NCBI GenBank assembly: GCA_913043025.1
Contig: CAJWLM010000004.1
Location: forward strand, 76,443-140,442
Origin: an uncultured Rhodospirillaceae bacterium
GTDB lineage: Bacteria > Pseudomonadota > Alphaproteobacteria > UBA8366
Direction: 5' to 3'
DNA: 64,000 bases
In this document: positions 19,085 through 26,490 of the stretch, one piece after another
How positions within the stretch are numbered: the first letter of the stretch is position 1
Layout of the letters: each line of letters opens with the position of its first letter
The notes under the pieces: generated by a model
Seen by the model: the letters and a program-made list of their open reading frames with translations, nothing else
Told to the model about the DNA's origin: nothing
The model's database searches: none
Made by a program: the position numbers and the translations under genes

Positions 19085-19908
19085 CAGTCGTTAACTACAA
19101 AAACTTGGCAGCGCGGTTATCCTCCGACAAAGCAACTTTTCGGAATGCAGATCCGTTCCCATATATAGTCATCGACAATTTTCTGGAAAATGAGAGCGCG
19201 GAGCTGTTATTAAAAGAGTTTGTTCAACCGCCAAGCGACGGTGGCTCTTGGAACCAATATACTCATTTTAATGAGCGCAAATCAGGCCTTACGCGGATGG
19301 ATGCAATGGGTAATGTCACGCGCGGTGTTATTAATGAATTATCATCGCCAGAATTTATTGGTTGGTTAGGTGACCTTTCAGGCATTGAGGGTCTTATGCC
19401 TGATCCCGATCTAGATGGCGGCGGCCTGCATGAAATAAAGGCTGGGGGCTTTCTGAACATTCATACGGATTTTTTATCTCACACAGAGCGTCCTCATTGG
19501 CGCAGACAACTCAATTTACTTCTTTATCTTAACAAGGGTTGGCAGCGCGAGTGGAATGGTGATTTGGAATTGTGGGGTGAGGGCATGCAATCTCAGGCTG
19601 CTTCTATTGAGCCCCTATTTAATAGATGTGTAATTTTTCATACAACAGAGAAAAGTTTTCATGGGCACCCTGTTCCTGTGGATTGCCCTGCAAATGACTC
19701 ACGAAAATCGTTAGCACTCTATTATTTTAGTGATGCTGGTGTGCCATTAAAGTTGAAACCGACTTACTATAGGGCAAAGCCCGACGAATCCGCCTCAAAG
19801 CATGTATTGGTGGCGTTTGACCGTTGGCTCGTGAGAGCATACTCTTTTCTAAAAAGGTATACCCCCCTAAATGACAGCACTATCAGCAAGTTTTTACGGA
19901 AAAAATAA
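19081..19908 (+). CDS. 2OG-Fe(II) oxygenase, prolyl-4-hydroxylase/Tpa1-like
   Basis: 275 aa. ATGA overlap with the GT-C gene. ADPFPYIVIDNFL opening, HxD in LNIHTDF, distal His in SFHGHPVP, basic residue in RKSLALYYF. No signal peptide or TM helix. Confidence 0.75.
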   Translation: MTVVNYKNLAARLSSDKATFRNADPFPYIVIDNFLENESAELLLKEFVQPPSDGGSWNQYTHFNERKSGLTRMDAMGNVTRGVINELSSPEFIGWLGDLSGIEGLMPDPDLDGGGLHEIKAGGFLNIHTDFLSHTERPHWRRQLNLLLYLNKGWQREWNGDLELWGEGMQSQAASIEPLFNRCVIFHTTEKSFHGHPVPVDCPANDSRKSLALYYFSDAGVPLKLKPTYYRAKPDESASKHVLVAFDRWLVRAYSFLKRYTPLNDSTISKFLRKK

Positions 19909-19910
19909 TA

Positions 19911-21605
19911 CTATCGGGAATCTTTGTTGATTGGACCATTACCTTCAATCGAACGCTTTTTTGACTGAACTATTGCATCTTTGAGTAAAAAAGGTAGAGA
20001 CGGCGTCGGCTGAAATTCATAAAACATTTGATAGGAAAACGCATTGCGCCAAACTTTTATCAACAATTTATTAAAAGCAAAGAGGGCTTTGCTGGTGACA
20101 GTATCTCCAAGAACCATTGGGAACGGTGCCGGTACGCCCTCGCATTTGACCAATTCAAATCCCCCTTGCTCAAATAAACGTTTTAAAGTTGTAAACGTAA
20201 AAAGTCTTGTATGGGTTATGTCCAGAATCCCTCGTTTGCCATAGTTAAATTGCCCAAAAAGATGCATGATACGTGCAACCATAAAGCTTACGTTGCCACT
20301 AGATACTAATATTCGAACACTCGGTGCCATTTCTGATGCAGAACGCAACTGATCGACGAAAGTTTCAGGCGCAAGCAGGTGTTCTATGACGTCTAACATC
20401 AGCACGAAGTCGTACCCCTCTAGCGTAATTGGCAGTTTTTCGTGGTTGAGGTCGTGCTCAATGAACCTTCGAAACTTTATCTCTTCAGCAGGAGCGAAGG
20501 TATCTATACCTGTGACGTCATTACCTGATTTGGTGAGTGCATTAGCGATATGGCCCCCTGCACAGCCGAGATCGAGTACGCGCTTTTTTGTTCCCACTAT
20601 TTCTAAAGCAATACTATGTGGGCTTTTAAAGTCAAATTTCGGTAGATAGTGAGAGGTGTCGGCCGTGCTGCTCCTGCAGTCAAATCGTCTATCATAAAAA
20701 ATGCTAAGTTGTTGAGCTCGAGCTTTAAGCACTGTCATAGTTACGTCCCAAGCATATTTCAGTCCGTCAACGTGGCAAATTTCGTCACCGTAATAAGTAG
20801 GAATTTCTATTTCTTTGATCCTAAGTTGTGCGATTACAAATTGGACTATTATTTCACTATCGAAGTGGAAGTCTTTGGTATTCAGGTCGAATGGAATTTG
20901 CTGCAATGCTGCAACTGAGTATAGACGATACCCGGAGTGGAACTCAGTCAACTGAGTGCGAAGCATTTTATTTTCAAACCAACTAAGGATCTTATTTCCA
21001 ACGTATTTATATTTAGGCATGCCTCCTTTCAATGCAGCCCCTTTTTTCATCATCCGGCTTCCAAACACCGCATCGGCTTTTCCCTCTTTAAGCGGTCTAG
21101 CAAGATCTGGCAGACACTCAGGTGCGTACTGACCATCTCCATGCAAAAGTGCGACAAAGTCGAACATCTTTTCGATAGCAAAGTGATAACCTATTTTCTG
21201 GTTGCCGCCGTATCCTTGATTTACAGAATTAAAAAGTACGTGGAGCGTGAATGGAAATTCACCTTTATTTTGAATTTCTTTGCCGCGCTCGAAGGTATTA
21301 TCATCGCTAGCATCATCGATGATAAGCACTTCGACTGTAAACTCGTTAGCAAGCGTTTCCGGAATACGTGTTAGGACGTCTTCAATCGTCTTCTCCGCAT
21401 TGTACGCCACAATGAAGATCAATAATTTTGGCTTATGCCCCTCGGGAATATTTCTTTCAGTGGCCGATTTGCTCACAGGAAACTCACCTTTAATAGCTAA
21501 CACCATGCAAAATAATAACCTCTGACCCATCTCATCGCTAGCCTTTAACAAACGTATCAGCTCGACAGGATTACTACTCTTGTAAAGTGGTGCTGTATTC
21601 CTCAA
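19911..21605 (-). CDS. Fusion protein: family 2 glycosyltransferase (polyprenyl-phosphate sugar synthase-like) + class I SAM methyltransferase
   Basis: 564 aa. GT2 part: LLIFIVAYNAEKTIEDVL, VLIIDDASDDNT, LLHGDGQYAPE. Methyltransferase part: RVLDLGCAGGHIANAL (motif I), VLMLDVIEHL. The true start may be an internal Met (MGQRLL). Confidence 0.8.
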   Translation of the reverse strand: MRNTAPLYKSSNPVELIRLLKASDEMGQRLLFCMVLAIKGEFPVSKSATERNIPEGHKPKLLIFIVAYNAEKTIEDVLTRIPETLANEFTVEVLIIDDASDDNTFERGKEIQNKGEFPFTLHVLFNSVNQGYGGNQKIGYHFAIEKMFDFVALLHGDGQYAPECLPDLARPLKEGKADAVFGSRMMKKGAALKGGMPKYKYVGNKILSWFENKMLRTQLTEFHSGYRLYSVAALQQIPFDLNTKDFHFDSEIIVQFVIAQLRIKEIEIPTYYGDEICHVDGLKYAWDVTMTVLKARAQQLSIFYDRRFDCRSSTADTSHYLPKFDFKSPHSIALEIVGTKKRVLDLGCAGGHIANALTKSGNDVTGIDTFAPAEEIKFRRFIEHDLNHEKLPITLEGYDFVLMLDVIEHLLAPETFVDQLRSASEMAPSVRILVSSGNVSFMVARIMHLFGQFNYGKRGILDITHTRLFTFTTLKRLFEQGGFELVKCEGVPAPFPMVLGDTVTSKALFAFNKLLIKVWRNAFSYQMFYEFQPTPSLPFLLKDAIVQSKKRSIEGNGPINKDSR

Positions 21606-22013
21606 CGTGTCAATAATTTATAACTTTTCACTCTAAGAAATATCGAAACTCTTAGTAACGAGAAGGGAATGAAAACTAGGGAGCGTTTAAGTCAGTCTTT
21701 ATGAAACAAATAACACTGGGTTAATTATCCGAGCAACCGATACAAATGAAAAATTATAGTGAAAAAATCGGGGCCTCACTTGCCAATAATGCAATAACTT
21801 GAGTTTGATAGCATTGTTTCCTATTAAGAGGCTTGCCATGCGGCGAATCAGGCCATAAAACCCAGACATATGTGGGTGTGGTAGTTATGTTTGGGTGTAG
21901 TATTGACCATAGAGGCAAAACAATTGGCGGAAAGGATGCCAAATACGTTCGGCCTCATGAAAAATTAAAAATATGAATTAATTTTTGTTATGGAGTGGGA
22001 CCAATAGGTGGCG

Positions 22014-23354
22014 ATGTTTAAGAAAATTCTGATAGCGAATCGAGGTGCCATTGCATCACGCATACTTCGCACTCTCAAGAAACTTGGTGTTGGATCGGTA
22101 GTCGTATACTCAGAAGCCGATGCTAGGGCACCCTACGTGGAGGAGGCCGACGAGGCTTTTGCAATAGGCCCAGCACATCCAAAAGAAAGCTACCTCAACC
22201 AAAAAGCGATTGGTGATGCAATTCGTAGCAGCGGTGCCGACGGAGTCCATCCAGGTTATGGTTTTCTTGCTGAAAACCCAGATTTTTGTGACTGCGTTGA
22301 AAAAGCGGGTGCGACCTTTATTGGTCCCTCCTCACAGTGGATTACAGCTATGGGGCATAAGACCAAAGCGCGGGAATTGATGGTCCAACACGGAATGCAA
22401 GTCGGCAGTGGTTCAGGATTATTAACAGAAGATGCAGTAATGATTAAGGAGGCAAACCGTATAGGTTACCCAGTATTAATCAAGCCGGCTGCCGGTGGCG
22501 GTGGTATCGGCATGTTGCCAGCCCACGATGAGACCCAAATGCTAAAGGCTGCAAGTCGGGCGCGATCAATGGCTGAGCGTGGATTTGGCAACGGTGACAT
22601 TTACATCGAGAAACTTGTTGAAAAACCCAGGCACGTGGAATTTCAGGTTCTTGGTGATGTAAATGGTAATGTTCGCCACATTTTTGAACGAGACTGCTCA
22701 ATACAACGCCGACACCAAAAAATCATAGAGGAAGCGCCAGCGCCCGGTGTAGCGCGCAGCGTCATTTTGGACAGAGCAAGCAGTATTGTTTCTACTCTCA
22801 AGGCGCTGCCTTATGACAATATAGGCACTGTTGAAATGCTAATGGATCAAAACAATAATTTCAGCTTTTTAGAGATGAATACGAGACTGCAAGTGGAGCA
22901 CGGAGTGAGTGAAGAAATTACTGGCGTTGATCTCGTTGCTGCGCAAATCCGTTCGGCTGCGGGTGAGTCAGTTGCGGATATCATTCCGCAAGACATTTCG
23001 GTTTCTGGGCATTCAATTCAAGCCAGGGTTTATGCCGAGGATCCTCAAAAATTTTTTCCATCGCCAGGGCCTCTTGAAAAATATTGTCCGCCGGAGGGCG
23101 ACGGTGTCCGTGTGGAGACTGGCTTTGTTGAAGGTATGGATGTAACTCCCTATTATGATCCCTTGCTTGCTAAGGTTATAGCTCATGGAGAAAATCGCGA
23201 GGAGGTTACGCAAATTCTTATATCCGCATTGGAAAATTTTCAAATTGAAGGAATAAAGTGTAATATTCCTGCGTTGGTAAAAATACTTCGATCTGAAGAA
23301 TTCCAATCGGGCGATGTTCACACTGGCCTCGTAAATGAGGTTATTCAAGGTTAG
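22014..23354 (+). CDS. Biotin carboxylase (AccC-like ATP-grasp)
   Basis: Track start is GTG 22008. ATG 22014 gives MFKKILIANRGAIASRILRTLKKLG. Also has GYPVLIKPAAGGGGIGM and EMNTRLQVEH. 446 aa, with no fused biotinyl domain. Confidence 0.9.
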   Translation: MFKKILIANRGAIASRILRTLKKLGVGSVVVYSEADARAPYVEEADEAFAIGPAHPKESYLNQKAIGDAIRSSGADGVHPGYGFLAENPDFCDCVEKAGATFIGPSSQWITAMGHKTKARELMVQHGMQVGSGSGLLTEDAVMIKEANRIGYPVLIKPAAGGGGIGMLPAHDETQMLKAASRARSMAERGFGNGDIYIEKLVEKPRHVEFQVLGDVNGNVRHIFERDCSIQRRHQKIIEEAPAPGVARSVILDRASSIVSTLKALPYDNIGTVEMLMDQNNNFSFLEMNTRLQVEHGVSEEITGVDLVAAQIRSAAGESVADIIPQDISVSGHSIQARVYAEDPQKFFPSPGPLEKYCPPEGDGVRVETGFVEGMDVTPYYDPLLAKVIAHGENREEVTQILISALENFQIEGIKCNIPALVKILRSEEFQSGDVHTGLVNEVIQG

Positions 23355-23368
23355 GGAGACGTAGAAGT

Positions 23369-23593
23369 ATGGCGACGGAAAATATTGAATCTGAAGTAAC
23401 GGGCACCGTTTGGAAGATTGAATGCAAAGTAGGTGACGAGGTTGTTGATGGTGATACATTAATGATACTTGAGTCTATGAAAATGGAAATACCAGTAATT
23501 TGTCCTGAGGATGGGACGGTTACTGAAATTAAGGTAAAAGAAGAAGATCCTGTTGCTGAGGGTGATGTTGTAGTTATTCTTGAAGTTCAATGA
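23369..23593 (+). CDS. Small biotinyl-domain protein (BCCP-like, 74 aa)
   Basis: Biotin attachment motif LMILESMKMEIPV, followed by G.V..I.V....V..GD.V. SD GGGAGA. Begins 14 nt after the biotin carboxylase stop. Confidence 0.85.
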   Translation: MATENIESEVTGTVWKIECKVGDEVVDGDTLMILESMKMEIPVICPEDGTVTEIKVKEEDPVAEGDVVVILEVQ

Positions 23594-24058
23594 GCTGACA
23601 ACGCATCGTACCATTCGTTATAGCTTTCACTATTGCATCTCCTTTAAAAGATGACACCGTCTGTGAATTATTATGGATGTGTTAGTTTTAGCGGTTTGTT
23701 TATATTTTCAAGTTTAATAGAGTCCTTTGATAAGGAATATCAAAAGAGGTTTACAATACTGTTGTATTCAGAAAACATTTGGTCCCGTTTCGTAGTGGCT
23801 TTCTTACGTTTTAAACGAGCAAACACATAGCACTACTCTTCAAAAAGGCATGGCGAAGGTAATAAAAACAATTCAATGTCGATAATATGGGCCACCCATT
23901 TGTCGTATGCAGTTGGGTGGTCTCTAGGCCGGGTTAAAAAAGTGTGCATCAAATTTTAGTTTTCTGATGATTTTATCCCTGACCACAATTTCCGGTCTTT
24001 TAATTTTGATATGGTGATTTATCAAACGCAAGCCATTTGATTATTCGAAAGTTTTTTT

Positions 24059-25342
24059 ATGCGTAGCCCCAAGACACTAGTTCGCCGTGTCCCTTTTTTC
24101 TACGGCTGGGTAATCGTTGGGTGTGCGATGTGTGCCAACTTTTCTCGGCAGGGCGCAGCCGTCGCCACGCTCTCGATTTTTGCAGTGCCTATGACAGCAG
24201 AATTCGATTGGTCCAGAACGGCATTCTCTGGTGCTGTGTCCTTAGGGGGGCTTTTGGGTGCTCTTATATCGCCAAAGGTCGGCGTATTTGTTGATCGTAG
24301 GGGTTCTGGACAAGTTCTGGCTATTGGCACCTTATTAATTGGAATGAGCGCGGCAGCACTCTCGCAGACTAATTCCTTAATCTGGTTTTATGTAGCATTC
24401 TGTCTTGGGCGCATGTCTTTTTCCGGGCCTTTTGAAATTGCCGTCACGAGCGCTGTAGCCAATTGGTTCATTGTGTCACGGGGACGAGCCATGTCGTTGG
24501 CGGCCCTTGCTCATAGTATAGGCCTTACTGTGCTACCGATTATTTCTTTTGCTGCCATAGCAATATGGAATTGGCGTGTCGGATGGTTCGCCGTGGCTAC
24601 TGTAGTGCTGCTCGTGGGGATTTTGCCCAACATATTTTTGATGGTTCATCGACCTGAGGATGTAGGTCTTCAGCCGTTTTCCAATCGTAAATCGTCCAAA
24701 GAGTCACAAAGTACATTGGACAAGTCGTCAGAAAGTACGGAATATAGCTTCACGCGACGCGAGGCTTCAAGGACACGGACATTCTGGATTCTCGTTGTTT
24801 TTTCAATATTTATATACCCTGTACAAGCGGGTGTGAGTTTGCACCAAGCTCCCCATCTCATTGAACGAGGAATATCACTCGGGGTCGCAGCAACAGCTGT
24901 GAGTAGTTTCTCATTTATGAGTGCTATAGGCGGATTAGCATTTGGCCAATTTGAAGTAAAGTTTGGTGCCAGGAAGAGCTTGTCTTTTGCCGCAGCGTTA
25001 ATGGCGATAGGAACGGTTTTAATGATACTCGTTATCGATAATTTGACAGCATATATGTCAGCGATGGTTTTTGGTGCGGGAATTGGCGGGCTTATGACAT
25101 TATTGCCCGTTGCTTGGGCTGATAGCTTCGGGCGTCAGTATATTGGGTCGATTAGAGGTATCACGGTTCCTCTACAGACACTTGCACAGGCCTCAGGTCC
25201 TCTTATTTCAGGAGCGTTATATGACTTAACTGGTGGATATGATGTGGCACTCAGGTTATTTTGTGTTTGCAGCTTAATAGCCATGGTAATGGCACTTTTT
25301 GCTGTGAAACCAGAAGTTACGATTAACAATACGTTAAAATAG
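24059..25342 (+). CDS. MFS transporter
   Basis: 427 aa, about 12 TM helices in two halves separated by a polar loop (PFSNRKSSKESQSTLDKSSESTEY). FVDRRGSG-type loop 2-3 motif. Confidence 0.85.
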   Translation: MRSPKTLVRRVPFFYGWVIVGCAMCANFSRQGAAVATLSIFAVPMTAEFDWSRTAFSGAVSLGGLLGALISPKVGVFVDRRGSGQVLAIGTLLIGMSAAALSQTNSLIWFYVAFCLGRMSFSGPFEIAVTSAVANWFIVSRGRAMSLAALAHSIGLTVLPIISFAAIAIWNWRVGWFAVATVVLLVGILPNIFLMVHRPEDVGLQPFSNRKSSKESQSTLDKSSESTEYSFTRREASRTRTFWILVVFSIFIYPVQAGVSLHQAPHLIERGISLGVAATAVSSFSFMSAIGGLAFGQFEVKFGARKSLSFAAALMAIGTVLMILVIDNLTAYMSAMVFGAGIGGLMTLLPVAWADSFGRQYIGSIRGITVPLQTLAQASGPLISGALYDLTGGYDVALRLFCVCSLIAMVMALFAVKPEVTINNTLK

Positions 25343-25417
25343 CTTAAAGAATAAAATTGTGTGAAATAGCTTTTTATCCTCAATCAAGCTCTAATGTACC
25401 AACAAGGATATGATCTT

Positions 25418-25606
25418 ATGGCCAGTGAAAAAAAAATAAATGTGAATTTTGAAGTTACCGAAGAGATGAAAGAATTTCTGGAAAAAATGGTTAAAGAATA
25501 CGATTTACCGGATATTTCGAAAGCTCTTAGATGCCTTTTAGATTTTGCGCAAGAAGATGGTGACTTGGAAGAGATTTTTGAGGAAATTCGTTGCAGAAGA
25601 TGCTGA
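25418..25606 (+). CDS. Small ribbon-helix-helix-like protein with an acidic tail ending in CRRC
   Basis: Track ORF 25394-25606. ATG 25418 has AAGGA upstream. KINVNFEVTEE (strand), MKEFLEKMVKEY (helix) and ISKALRCLLDFA (helix) fit the CopG/Arc pattern by eye, but no profile search was run. Confidence 0.45.
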   Translation: MASEKKINVNFEVTEEMKEFLEKMVKEYDLPDISKALRCLLDFAQEDGDLEEIFEEIRCRRC

Positions 25607-25742
25607 TCGTATTTTTGAAAAGTGACGGTCGTTATGCCTCATATACACTAAGCCAATCTAGGAAATTCATTTACATTCTTGAGTTTCGTGGAGCCTGCGA
25701 TAGCAGGGGTATTTTGCAATCAGTTTGAAAGTGCTGAGGATA

Positions 25743-26471
25743 ATGAGACTTCAAAGCATAGGGACTTTGGTACTTGCCGGATACATATCATCGTGCGCCT
25801 CAATTATCGAGGGAACTGATCAAGTTGTAGATTTCAGTATCTCTCCGGAAACAGTTACTTGCGAGATCAAGCAAAAAGACAAAACGCTAGCCACGCTCAA
25901 AGATGGAGGTGGGTCGATACGGGTGTCGAAAAGTTTTACGGCACTTACTGCAGATTGCATGGCACCGGGTGTGGTGCGCAAAAAATTTAAAATAGAGTCC
26001 TCGCCGTCTAGATGGGGCATAGCAGGTTGTCTCCTTGATCTTTGTATCACAGACCATACCACGGGGGCGTTTAATAAATATGAAGATGAAATTTCAATTA
26101 AGCTTGAAAATATTGACTTACCCGTGTCTACGGCAAGGCCGGCGCTTGTAAACCAATACCTAGAGAAGCACAAAGAGTTAGCAAGGCCTGCACGCGATCC
26201 TGGCAGTGGTCCCCAGGCAACTTCAAATTTGGTCTCGTCTCGCAATTCCTCGGCCAAGATATCTCGAGTATGGAAAACGGTACATTCGCGCGTGCGGGCA
26301 TATTGGGGGCCAAACCCACACCGCGATTTTTTTGAAATGCCCGAGCATGTACTTCTTACGAGAATTCGGCGGCAACAACACTGGGGATTATTTAAATATG
26401 TTGCACGTAACAGTAAGCAAGGGACCGTCTGGATTGCATTAGAGGAGGTTGAAGAGACTGCTAGTCCCTGA
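25743..26471 (+). CDS. Hypothetical lipoprotein
   Basis: Track ORF starts at TTG 25725. ATG 25743 gives MRLQSIGTLVLAGYISSC, a signal peptide with lipobox ISSC. I recognise nothing else. The start codon is uncertain. Confidence 0.5.
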   Translation: MRLQSIGTLVLAGYISSCASIIEGTDQVVDFSISPETVTCEIKQKDKTLATLKDGGGSIRVSKSFTALTADCMAPGVVRKKFKIESSPSRWGIAGCLLDLCITDHTTGAFNKYEDEISIKLENIDLPVSTARPALVNQYLEKHKELARPARDPGSGPQATSNLVSSRNSSAKISRVWKTVHSRVRAYWGPNPHRDFFEMPEHVLLTRIRRQQHWGLFKYVARNSKQGTVWIALEEVEETASP

Positions 26472-26490
26472 CTTATTGAGAAATAGATCG

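Noticed and set aside
20937-21374. 145-aa plus-strand ORF (and neighbours 20386-20649, 20649-20918, 21280-21525) opposite the GT2-methyltransferase gene
   Set aside because: They are a chain of short antisense ORFs in different frames, whereas the minus-strand 564-aa ORF carries GT2 and SAM-methyltransferase motifs.
23013-23459. 148-aa minus-strand ORF spanning the biotin carboxylase/BCCP junction
   Set aside because: It lies antisense to two well-supported genes.
25820-26257. 145-aa minus-strand ORF opposite the lipoprotein ORF
   Set aside because: Neither strand has family support. I kept the plus-strand ORF because it is longer (248 aa), has a signal peptide with a lipobox, and fits the spacing to its neighbours. 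Confidence is still only moderate.
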